Source: Alphaproteobacteria bacterium
GTDB taxonomy: Bacteria > Pseudomonadota > Alphaproteobacteria > SHVV01
Reading direction: 5' to 3'
Assembly (NCBI GenBank): GCA_965261735.1
Contig: OZ253470.1
Location: 288,001-352,000 of the forward strand
DNA: 64,000 nucleotides
Shown: positions 32,326 through 41,295 of the stretch, in pieces
How the letters are laid out: each line of letters begins with the position of its first letter
How positions within the stretch are numbered: the stretch's first letter is position 1
Position numbers and translations under genes: made by a program
Notes under the pieces: generated by a model
Told to the model about the DNA's origin: nothing
Seen by the model: only the letters and a program-made list of their open reading frames with translations
The model's database searches: none

Positions 32326-34557
32326 TCATCTGCGAGCGAGAATTTGTTCGAACCACAGAATGGCCGCCTCGCCCTCTTTTCGCGTGACCTCGCCGACCGT
32401 TCGACTGTGGCGTATGCCGTTTCGAAGCTCCGCCAACTGGCCAAACTTCGCCGACAGCGTCTGCTTGTTAGCGAATCTCTTCTCAAAACTCTGCCAGAGA
32501 CTCTTGCTGAGTACCGTGTCGTGTAACTCGCGCAGATCACAGTACTCAAGGCGCCGGTTTAGTTGTTTGTATTGATCAAGTTCGATGTTTGCATTTTTCT
32601 TCGCGGCAGCCTGGATGCGTTCATCAGCTTTCTGAAGCACGTGCGGTGGCAGCCGCCCGGCATCGTCTTGGAGTGTTGCGACCACTTGTTCGCGGAGGGA
32701 GAGCTCAATGCCCTCGACCCGTTCGTCCAGCTCACGTAGCTGGGGCGACAAATCGATCCTTGCCTTGACCAACAGGTTCTCTATCGCCTCCAGCAAGGTA
32801 CGCTGCCGCTCGGCAATAAATGCCTCGTAGTCGTCGGAATTGAACGGCTTGCGCAACAGCACGGCCAAAGCCGCCGATGAGATGAAATGCGACTCGAGCA
32901 CGCTGCGCACGGCGCCCTCTCCGCTTTGCTCGATCAACTCCGGCAGATACTCGTTCGGAAGCCGGTCACCAATGACGCGCCGATTCGTGTCGGCAGTGAG
33001 CGGCGTGCGGTTCAGGATTGAGTGGATCAACCCACCGGTTCCAAGTTCTGTGGCCTTCGATGCCGGGATGATGTGATGATCGTCCAGATCGCCGTGTTGA
33101 GGCACATTGCCGCTCATCCAGTCCCGCGCGCCCTGGATGACGAGCAAATTGAAGATACCGTTGTATACCGACGTGCCGCGCTTCACTTCGCGGCGAAGGT
33201 CCAGGCTTCGGAAGCGCATTCCAAATTCCTGGATCAGCCCAGGCTCGCTCGCGTCCTCTTCCATCCAGGCTTTCAGGTCCAGGAAATCCCGGGCAGCGGT
33301 GGACTCCACGGAACCGGAGTAGCGGTTCAGGAATACCGAGGCCCAATACCAATGCCGGACCTTGCGTTGCGCCTCAAGTCTCTGGTTCGCGGGCAGTTCC
33401 CTGACGTGCGCTTGTATGGCAGAAAATGCCGGGATGATGGAGACGTAGGGGAGATAGTTCGAAGAAATCGCGCCGAATTCCTGAGGATGCCGCAATAGCT
33501 CGATGGCACGCTCTAGTGCATCGACGGCGTCGTTCCATCGATCCGTGAATGCCGTCGTGTTAGCAACCAGCACTTCCTTGCGGCGTGTTCCATCGGGATC
33601 CCGGACCGGTTTCTCCTGTTCGGGCAGAAGGAAGTAGAGATATTTCGGCGAGCAGTATCCCTGCCTGAGAATTGACATCACCTGCAAGATGTAAACGTTC
33701 ATCTTATTCGAATCGACGAACTCAAGACGAGGAGCGGCATTGCGCCACATCTGCTTGAGCTGCAAACCTTTGGGTTTGAGCAGTGCGTTGATGAGGTCGA
33801 AAGTGTCTAGCTGAATACCTTTGCTGTTGATCTGCGTGAAGATGTCGCAAACCTTATCGATTTCGAGTTGCTGGTCGAGTTCTATGTAGGAAATCTGATA
33901 CTGATCTATAAGAGTTCTGAGGTGCTCGCCAAACGCCAAGGCATTTTCGGCATGTAAAGTCGCTTGCTGGTGCTGGCTTTCCTTGCCTGCTTGCTTGGCC
34001 TGGGCTGCGGCTTCGCGCCAATGCTTTTCGTATCCTTGCACCCAGTTTGCCAGCGCCCAACCCTCTTTCCCGACAACGGCTAAAGGAAAGATATGCTCGG
34101 CATATTGTTGCTCGAGATTGGTGATGAGTTGTATCCAGCGCCTCGACCAATCGTACTCGAAGGAGTTGTCGTACTCCTCGGCCATAAAACGGTCGATTCT
34201 AACGAAGTAGTAATACCGATTTGCACGAGTGGGCAGCGCGATATCCGGTGCCAGAAATGCGTAGTGCATAGCCGTGAGTCGCTGCTGTCCGTCCAGAACT
34301 ATATATTCCGGCCTCTCGGAACCGTTGTAGCCGTAAAGTGGTTCGCAGGACAGGGCCGCGAAGTTCTCCTTCTTGCCAGTCCAGAGCAACAAGCTGCCAA
34401 TGTAATAGTCCAGAAAGATCGAGCGCATGAGATCGCGAACGTCCCATGGTTTCCACTCGAACTCGCGCTGAAAATCGGGAATGACGAAACGCCCTTCCCG
34501 CAAGCGCCCAATTAGCGTGTTCAGGCTGACGTGGTCGGGTTTCTGTGCATCTTTCAT
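32326..34557 (-). CDS. GmrSD-like DUF262 + HNH(DUF1524) protein with a C-terminal Swt1-like HEPN domain
   Basis: 'IPDFQREFEW', 'LDGQQRLT', 'FTQINSKG', 'DDHHIIP…LNRTPL'; C-terminal 'LRNGIRHS' Rx4H motif. Confidence 0.85.
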   Translation of the reverse strand: MKDAQKPDHVSLNTLIGRLREGRFVIPDFQREFEWKPWDVRDLMRSIFLDYYIGSLLLWTGKKENFAALSCEPLYGYNGSERPEYIVLDGQQRLTAMHYAFLAPDIALPTRANRYYYFVRIDRFMAEEYDNSFEYDWSRRWIQLITNLEQQYAEHIFPLAVVGKEGWALANWVQGYEKHWREAAAQAKQAGKESQHQQATLHAENALAFGEHLRTLIDQYQISYIELDQQLEIDKVCDIFTQINSKGIQLDTFDLINALLKPKGLQLKQMWRNAAPRLEFVDSNKMNVYILQVMSILRQGYCSPKYLYFLLPEQEKPVRDPDGTRRKEVLVANTTAFTDRWNDAVDALERAIELLRHPQEFGAISSNYLPYVSIIPAFSAIQAHVRELPANQRLEAQRKVRHWYWASVFLNRYSGSVESTAARDFLDLKAWMEEDASEPGLIQEFGMRFRSLDLRREVKRGTSVYNGIFNLLVIQGARDWMSGNVPQHGDLDDHHIIPASKATELGTGGLIHSILNRTPLTADTNRRVIGDRLPNEYLPELIEQSGEGAVRSVLESHFISSAALAVLLRKPFNSDDYEAFIAERQRTLLEAIENLLVKARIDLSPQLRELDERVEGIELSLREQVVATLQDDAGRLPPHVLQKADERIQAAAKKNANIELDQYKQLNRRLEYCDLRELHDTVLSKSLWQSFEKRFANKQTLSAKFGQLAELRNGIRHSRTVGEVTRKEGEAAILWFEQILARR

Positions 34558-34573
34558 AAAATCGTTCTCCAGC

Positions 34574-34790
34574 TCACGTTACCGCCCAACGGATGGTAAA
34601 GAGTGTCTCCGTCTCAGTCGGCTGCCCCAGCCGGCGCTCCAGCGAGCCGATGAGTTGATCGCGCTTCTCTATGATCTCGTCCTCTGCCTTGAAGGTCTTC
34701 TGGCGCGGGCAGCGCTTGCGGCGCTCGAGGGTCTGGACCTTCTCTTGAATCTCGTTTTGGTCGACGGGCGTTACTGGGTGCTGCGCGTGA
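34574..34790 (-). pseudogene. C-terminal remnant of the SNF2-type helicase usually found upstream of such type III R-M loci
   Basis: Frame not in the ORF track: 'EIQEKVQTLERRKR…EDEIIEKRDQLIGSLERRL…ETLFTIRWAVT*'. Confidence 0.6.
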
Positions 34791-34897
34791 CGGGCGAACT
34801 ACTAAAGTAACTGAAGGGGTTCTGCATTCGTAAAGGTTAGGGGACTTCGCAACGTGGCCATAACCGATTTGTTCTGACAAGGTCGATCATTCCACTC

Positions 34898-35914
34898 TCA
34901 AGGCAGGGTATAGAGATTTCGACCAGCCAATCGCAAACAATAGCCGGTGACGTCGGGAGCGTCGCCACGCATCCGGATCCCATCTGTGTAATCGAGAGCA
35001 TAGCGAAGGGGTTGCGCATAATAAACTGGTACACGGGGTCGCTGAGCCGCTGCCGCGGCGAGAGAAAAAAGACACATCGCGAGCGACACTGTTTTCGGGC
35101 CGTAAGGTGCGATGGCCGCCGTTTCAAGACCATCATTGGTCATTTTGCAGAGAGCATCGAAAACCTGTGGGCAGTCATACATGTTAATGTGAACGTGATC
35201 AGGAGGGCCTATCCGTTCATTTTGCGTGAGATCGTCGATCTGTTTCACGAACATCCAATTCCTCCTATGGCCTGGAGGGCCCGGCGGAAACGGGAAGATG
35301 AGTTTAATCTTGTTTGAGTCCTGGTTCCTGAGCAGTGGAATTAGACCCAAAGGCTCGAACCCGATGCCGATAATAATGGACTCATGCTTACTGCGCCCGT
35401 TCTCCGCGAAGAATCCGGGGACCACGCGTAGCGGCGCCAAATTCTCTGAAAGCTTGTCGGAATAACCGGTAGCAGACGTATAAGTCACTATCACATCATC
35501 AAATCGAACGTCTTTAAGAACAGCTTGAATGATGGGAAAGAACCACATTTTTGGAAACGAGGTAATGTCGATGATAATCCTGCTCGAACCATTCTCTACC
35601 AGCCGACTAACAGGATCGACTTTATCATCAAGTCCTGCCAGAAGTTCCGCATCGCAAATTTCGTCTGGGCGATATCCGCACGCCTCAAGTGAATCGCGGC
35701 GCAATTGTAGCCGTTTTTTTTGTGCTGCGGGATCTAGTGGATCCGAATCGTGTATGGCGATGATTTTGACATCGCGAAGACGATCCCGACCGAGATAGTT
35801 CGCCAAAGCGACGCTACGAGCCTCGGTGCCACAACATGCTAGAAGTGACCACGGGTGGGCATTCAAGCGCTCAAGCAGCCAATCTATATGACCCCATGGG
35901 CGTAATACACTCAC
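34898..35914 (-). CDS. Hypothetical Rossmannoid (CARF/DUF6293-like) protein of the ORC/CDC6 module
   Basis: 'IIIDITSFPK', 'IGIGFEP', 'APYGPK', 'YYAQP..Y' motifs. GTG start overlaps the ATPase stop. Confidence 0.65.
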   Translation of the reverse strand: MSVLRPWGHIDWLLERLNAHPWSLLACCGTEARSVALANYLGRDRLRDVKIIAIHDSDPLDPAAQKKRLQLRRDSLEACGYRPDEICDAELLAGLDDKVDPVSRLVENGSSRIIIDITSFPKMWFFPIIQAVLKDVRFDDVIVTYTSATGYSDKLSENLAPLRVVPGFFAENGRSKHESIIIGIGFEPLGLIPLLRNQDSNKIKLIFPFPPGPPGHRRNWMFVKQIDDLTQNERIGPPDHVHINMYDCPQVFDALCKMTNDGLETAAIAPYGPKTVSLAMCLFSLAAAAAQRPRVPVYYAQPLRYALDYTDGIRMRGDAPDVTGYCLRLAGRNLYTLP

Positions 35915-37935
35915 AAGTCCTCCCCATCATCAAAGAGTGGCAAATTCATCTCCTCCGCGGGCTTAACCTGGGGGGTAAAGGAGTCTGGGAGCTGTAGTCC
36001 AGCTTCGTACATCCATGTTTCAACCTGCGTTGGGCGAATATATAACGGTTCCTTCAGCCTCTGGTAGTGCATCTTGAATTGCGGGCAGAGAACTGGATTC
36101 AGATAGATTTTCTGTCTTCTCCGGCGGTCCTTCTCTTTAGTGGTGTGCGGCCATACAACGAACGTACCGTAGTCACTCATCTCCTCGAGAAGATCCTTCA
36201 CATGGGGGAATCTCTCGAGTTCGTCTTCGGCAAGTGAAAAGCCGTTGTGTCCGGGATAACTCATTTTCCGGTCAGCATAGAGACCGCGCATAAGGACATT
36301 TCCTATATGCCTGACTAGTCGAAACCGATCTCCGCTCCTGCCAGTTTCCTGCGTGATTTTCTTGAGCCAATAGTCGCTTGCCTTAAAGATACCAATCGCC
36401 TGGACATCGGAGTCAATCTCAACCAGATCCATTTGTGACGTACTTTTTTTTCCAATTTGATTCTCCGTGTCCCAGATGAATTGGCAAATACTTAAGAAGG
36501 TCAGGATATTGCCGCCGCTGAGATCGATCAGTTCAGAGAATCCTGCCCATATTGGACGCTGCTGGCATCTACCGGCAATATGGACCAAGGCAAGCTCGAT
36601 CCGTTCCTTTATCCACCAAGGCTTCGCCTGCATTTCTGGGAGCATTGCCATGTTGAGATCGCGTGGAAAAGTCTTTTTCCCAATCTTGCGGGATCGGTTG
36701 AGTTGCTGCAGCACCCATGCCTCCAACAACCGTGCAGACAGCGGATCCACTTCACCATGTGCAAATATGCCCTCTCGAAACTCCTCTGGCCAATCCCGAT
36801 CCACTTTAACAGTTCTACGCCGATTGGTTCCCCCATATCTTATTGCTTTATCCTGAGGTAGCATTCCTTTACCGAACACGCGCTCTAGTAATTTTCTACC
36901 CGTCGCTTCCTTGGGTGCGAAGCCGGCATGTTTGAGTCGTCGTGCGAAAACGTCCTCCGCGAATCGCGGAAATACCCAAGTTTTTGGATTTTCATGGCGC
37001 CTCAGCAACGCATCAAGATCGACAAACTTGTAATCTCGTTCTTCTTCTAGCTTTGCATGGGCGCCAAAGATAAAACCATGATTACGCCACGCATGCCCGC
37101 GCGTCCCGATGCGATAAGAAATTGCCGGGTCCCGCCGAGCGAGTGCGCGATTTATTACCCGACGGTAGTCAGGACTATTGGTCTCATGTGGTGAAATGTT
37201 CGACAACTCTTCATACTGATCAATATGTATGAAGATGGCGACATCCCGTTCGATAATGTTTGATTCTTTGAGTAATCCTACTACTGTCGAGATAGGATCG
37301 CCGATATCAGTCTTCGACTCATGGATCTGCGCATCGAGTTGGCTGTCATTAATGTGCAGAAAACGGCGATAGGCGTTGAGTCGTTCGCGCATAAAGAGCT
37401 CGACATCGTTTAGCCTTTCACATCCTTTGAGAGTACCTTGAAAGATATCGGCGGTGGTCAGTGTGGAAATAAAGGCATTTTCACGCTCCTCCGACAGATC
37501 GATATGAATATCGGCTATGCGTGTGCCAAATTGATTGGATGACATCCGTATCGACTTAAACAGGTCGAGAAGGACGGTGTGGTTAACGAAATCGGCAAAA
37601 AATAAAGCCCTTTCATTTTCATCACTTGAGATGGAGCGATATCCAAAGTCAATCGCGTTACTATGAGCTAAATTGATGCCAGCACCAATAAACTTCCTGA
37701 TTTCCTTTCGTACCGGGAATTCAGTCATGGCCCGAGCATATTCGATCCGAACTTCGGGCCTTAGCAAGCTTAGCAGCATGCTTTTTCCACTACCCTGGAC
37801 CCCTTTGACGACAACGTTTCCAGGTAAGAATAGGGCTTCGGCATGATCAACGAGAAACGGACTGAATATATTTACAAACTCTCTGCTTGAGAGCTTGTCC
37901 CCGACATAGAGTTCGAAGAATGGATTGATACTCAT
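35911..37935 (-). CDS. ORC/CDC6-like (STAND-related) P-loop ATPase
   Basis: 'MSINPF', Walker A GVQGSGKS, Walker B 'IHIDQYEEL', 'LSGGNI', and a wHTH-like C-terminus ('IYLNPVLCP'). Confidence 0.8.
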   Translation of the reverse strand: MSINPFFELYVGDKLSSREFVNIFSPFLVDHAEALFLPGNVVVKGVQGSGKSMLLSLLRPEVRIEYARAMTEFPVRKEIRKFIGAGINLAHSNAIDFGYRSISSDENERALFFADFVNHTVLLDLFKSIRMSSNQFGTRIADIHIDLSEERENAFISTLTTADIFQGTLKGCERLNDVELFMRERLNAYRRFLHINDSQLDAQIHESKTDIGDPISTVVGLLKESNIIERDVAIFIHIDQYEELSNISPHETNSPDYRRVINRALARRDPAISYRIGTRGHAWRNHGFIFGAHAKLEEERDYKFVDLDALLRRHENPKTWVFPRFAEDVFARRLKHAGFAPKEATGRKLLERVFGKGMLPQDKAIRYGGTNRRRTVKVDRDWPEEFREGIFAHGEVDPLSARLLEAWVLQQLNRSRKIGKKTFPRDLNMAMLPEMQAKPWWIKERIELALVHIAGRCQQRPIWAGFSELIDLSGGNILTFLSICQFIWDTENQIGKKSTSQMDLVEIDSDVQAIGIFKASDYWLKKITQETGRSGDRFRLVRHIGNVLMRGLYADRKMSYPGHNGFSLAEDELERFPHVKDLLEEMSDYGTFVVWPHTTKEKDRRRRQKIYLNPVLCPQFKMHYQRLKEPLYIRPTQVETWMYEAGLQLPDSFTPQVKPAEEMNLPLFDDGEDL

Positions 37936-37936
37936 A

Positions 37937-38911
37937 TCAGGCCCTAGTAATTCGAGGAAAGAGAGGTTGCCACTCTTCGGTTTCGTCATAGATGATCGGA
38001 AGGCTGTTGTCGGGGCAGTTCGAATACAGTGCGACTACCGCTCCCGTTCCCTTATAGCCATGATAGCGTCGGCTTTCGACGTCCGATGCTGGTTCACCCA
38101 ATTTACCACTCACTCGGATTATGAAATCGCGTACGGTCTGGAACAGTGGCGGTTCATTGGGTTGGGGATCAGCCTTAATAAGCGTGCTGGGTGAAATTAA
38201 CATAACAGGTTCGTAGGATACATTCGCATGGCGCTCGGCTAAATTGCATCCAACCTGATGACCAGCCGGGCATACAACCAGCGGAAGAGTTAAAATCTCA
38301 ATATCAGCTGATATGTTGGCTGCATATTTGATTGCGCTTCTCATCTGAGTACCGCTGCCGACAAAATCTTCAAGAAGGACGATCCGCCGTATTTTATTAT
38401 CGACAACATATTGCGTGATTTTCTTGGGATCACCGAACTTTGTCAAAGACCGCCAGTCTGGTCGATGGCTTTTTCCCATCAACTTGTTCACCTTAAGAAA
38501 CGAGTTTATCCGCATCGAATCAGTGATTGGACAAAACCATGTTTCCGCAACTCCGTTATCCAAGGCGTGCATCGCTGCCGGATCCGCTATGTCGACCGCG
38601 ATCTGGTCAACTAACCAGCGAAGCACATGTCCATTGTACGCAGCGCGGCATAGGGATTCGAACTCCGACCGGCCAATAAAGAAAAAGTAGTTGAGAAGGA
38701 GGAACAGGGTCTGCTGATCTTGCTCTTCGTCGACATTGTGAATCCACCGATCAAGCCTGTCTTCGAACTGGTCAAATTGGGCTGGCTCATAGTCGTCGAA
38801 GACCTTGCGAGCTAGATATTGGATGGCGCTATGATCAAGGAATACTTCATCCTCGACATCCCAATCGCGTAATGCCCAGTCGCGCAACAACTTGCTCAGC
38901 CGATCGTTCAT
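37937..38911 (-). CDS. Phosphoribosyltransferase-like protein (PRTase-CE type)
   Basis: PRPP-binding loop 'IVLLEDFVGSGTQ' and C-terminal 'NCPDNSLPII…WQPLFPR'. Confidence 0.8.
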   Translation of the reverse strand: MNDRLSKLLRDWALRDWDVEDEVFLDHSAIQYLARKVFDDYEPAQFDQFEDRLDRWIHNVDEEQDQQTLFLLLNYFFFIGRSEFESLCRAAYNGHVLRWLVDQIAVDIADPAAMHALDNGVAETWFCPITDSMRINSFLKVNKLMGKSHRPDWRSLTKFGDPKKITQYVVDNKIRRIVLLEDFVGSGTQMRSAIKYAANISADIEILTLPLVVCPAGHQVGCNLAERHANVSYEPVMLISPSTLIKADPQPNEPPLFQTVRDFIIRVSGKLGEPASDVESRRYHGYKGTGAVVALYSNCPDNSLPIIYDETEEWQPLFPRITRA

Positions 38912-40113
38912 TCTTCCCCCACCAAAATAGCATCGCGGATGAAACCCGCTAGGCGGGCAGCCATTGGCGGAGGTACAGCATTTCCTATCATTCGAAACGC
39001 CTTCGAGCGATTGGCCCTAATGACGAAGTCATCTTGGAAACCCTGAATTCGGGCCGCTTCCCGCGGCGTAAGTCCCCGATCAAGGTGTGGGTGGATGAAT
39101 AGGCAGGGATCGCCGAAATGCGTATCAACTGTTGGCGAGATACCATCGATGGGTAATCGCCGAAACTTGCCATTATAGGTATGTTTCAGGTCGATATAAT
39201 TCTCAACGCGGCGAAGATACTGACACTCAATCAAGCGATTAATATCAGCATCGCAGCATCGTTCAAGATGATCGTTAACCACCGACGGTAAGACGGGATC
39301 TGCGTCGCCGAAATCCCGTCTGCGGTCCCGCCTCCTCAACCTAACGAGCGCTACTAGAACCTCGCGCTCCGAGCCCGTTACCGTTCCGAATACTTCTGGG
39401 ATATCCCAAGTGGGAACAGCAGCCGGACTGATACGAACATTGCATAGCTTCTGACCGGGAGAGATTCGACGAGCTATCAATTGCTCGCGAGAGCCGGCAG
39501 GCAACGGTATAGGATCGTGGCCTGACAAGCCGTCGACATTCGCGAGCGTGGCCGATAATGTTGGAGCGGAGCCTGTATCAAGTTCACAGCGGATCGCATC
39601 GCTTCCAAGCCAAGCAATAAGGAACAGACGCCTTCGGAGTTGCGGTACGCCACTAGAAGGACCGTCGGCAAAAATGCGAGAAACGGAATAACCTCCATTC
39701 TTTAGCATTGCCTCCACCTGTTCCCATCGCGTCCCGTGTCTTCCGGAAATCGCGGCGGGTACATTCTCCAGGACGAACACTCGCGGTCTGAGATCCAGAG
39801 CGATTATGCCAGCCCGTACGAGAAGATCGTTGCGGGGATCTTTCAGATCGCGTTTGCCCGCCGTAGAAAATCCTTGGCAGGGCGATCCAGCCAACAAGAC
39901 ATCCGGCCTGACCTGAGGCGTTTCGGTGGAAAGGTCACAGACAGATGCAACAGGAGCTACATTGTCGTTATAAGCCGTAACTACATATGAATCATTGTCA
40001 AAGGCACCGATCAGCCGAAAGCCCTCCTGTTCGAACCCGATGTCGAAGCCGCCGCATCCTGAGAACAGACTGGCTACGGTGCAGTCAGCCGAATTCAACT
40101 GGTCGTTTCCCAC
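38908..40113 (-). CDS. dcm: DNA (cytosine-5) methyltransferase
   Basis: Motifs I 'LFSGCGG', IV 'GSPCQGFS', VI 'ENV', VIII 'QLRRR', IX 'REAARIQGF', X 'IGNAVPP'. Confidence 0.92.
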   Translation of the reverse strand: MGNDQLNSADCTVASLFSGCGGFDIGFEQEGFRLIGAFDNDSYVVTAYNDNVAPVASVCDLSTETPQVRPDVLLAGSPCQGFSTAGKRDLKDPRNDLLVRAGIIALDLRPRVFVLENVPAAISGRHGTRWEQVEAMLKNGGYSVSRIFADGPSSGVPQLRRRLFLIAWLGSDAIRCELDTGSAPTLSATLANVDGLSGHDPIPLPAGSREQLIARRISPGQKLCNVRISPAAVPTWDIPEVFGTVTGSEREVLVALVRLRRRDRRRDFGDADPVLPSVVNDHLERCCDADINRLIECQYLRRVENYIDLKHTYNGKFRRLPIDGISPTVDTHFGDPCLFIHPHLDRGLTPREAARIQGFQDDFVIRANRSKAFRMIGNAVPPPMAARLAGFIRDAILVGEE

Positions 40114-40394
40114 GCGCCGATCATCCCCTTACCAGGGCAATCGAGTGAATTAGCGGGAAGAGATATTTTCAACTGTCTGTCCATAATACGGAACGAATAA
40201 GGGGCAATTATGCGATAGACCAAGCCTATCTTTCATTGCTTGTTGCTGATGGACGCACCCTAAGCCTATGACCGCACAATCGATGGCCCTATTGATTCAC
40301 CTCTGATCCCTGAACCGCAATGTACTTATGGATGATCGTGAGTTTGGTCGGGTAAGGACGGCTTGTCCTGTGTGATTCGCGACGCGTGCGACGT

Positions 40395-40455
40395 GCACAA
40401 GAGGATGATCGTGGCCCTGGCGCGCAAGTTGTTGATCGTGCCCGTGGAAGCTGTC
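40395..40455 (+). mobile_element. Tiny IS110-family transposase C-terminal relic
   Basis: 'KRMIVALARKLLIV' matches the IS110 C-terminal 'VALARKLL' motif. Confidence 0.4.
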
Positions 40456-40589
40456 GCGGAGTGCTAAAATAACGGAAGGGACTGAGTATCTGGCAAAACT
40501 ATGGATGCCCCATCTGCGAATCAATCCATTATTGTTGACAGCGCCTTGTAGACGCATTGGGCCAACTGCTTCGATTATCGGGTCGATTG

Positions 40590-40904
40590 TCATGTAGCTC
40601 CTTGCTCCTCGTACGGAACAAGATTGATGTCGCCTTCCCGCTTACGGGTCTGAGAGATGTCGTAGCTGTTCTGCATTCTCATCAGCGTATCCATGGATAT
40701 GCCGAACGCCTTCTCGATCCTGAGTGCCATTTCAGGCGAAAGACTTACGCGTTCGTTAAGCAGCGCGGACAGCGCGGGGCGCGTGATTCCCAATGCCCGC
40801 GCCCCATCGGTTACTGACAAGCCAAGGGCTTCTATGATCTCGCTCTTTACGAATCCACCGGGGTGGGCAGGACTTTTCATCCGGACGCCCTGTATCGCAC
40901 TCAT
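40590..40904 (-). CDS. higA: HigA antitoxin (XRE HTH)
   Basis: 'PAHPG…LGLSVTDGARALGITRPALSALLN…LSPEMALRIEKAFG…MQNSYD'. Confidence 0.93.
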   Translation of the reverse strand: MSAIQGVRMKSPAHPGGFVKSEIIEALGLSVTDGARALGITRPALSALLNERVSLSPEMALRIEKAFGISMDTLMRMQNSYDISQTRKREGDINLVPYEEQGAT

Positions 40905-40913
40905 GGCCGCCTC

Positions 40914-41198
40914 CTAGTGGTAGTCTTCGAAATCAAGATCGACAATTGACACCTGGTCAATCCGGAACGTGATCCGCCAGTTTCTTGTGACTGACAGACT
41001 CCAGCCGCCCTTACGATCGCCGGCAAGCTGATGCGCCGTCCAACTCGGAACCGTTCGCAATTCTTCTTGCCACTCCATGTCCTGAACAAAAGACAGGATG
41101 CGCCGCAGTTTCGGTACGACCGATGGCTGCAGAGCGGCGGTGTTATCGTTCTCTATGAAACGACGGAGCCCCTTGTGAACCACGTTTCGGATTTTCAC
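40914..41198 (-). CDS. higB: HigB/RelE toxin
   Basis: 'HKGLRRF…AHQLAGDRKGGWSLSVTRNWRITF…DFEDYH'; toxin lies upstream of antitoxin. Confidence 0.92.
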   Translation of the reverse strand: MKIRNVVHKGLRRFIENDNTAALQPSVVPKLRRILSFVQDMEWQEELRTVPSWTAHQLAGDRKGGWSLSVTRNWRITFRIDQVSIVDLDFEDYH

Positions 41199-41295
41199 GA
41201 TACAAGTTACCGATTCGAACCGTTAGGTGTCAAGAGACGCATTACGAGTCTTGTTGGAATCGTTTGATCCCGCTCATGTTAACGCTGCGCGAGAT

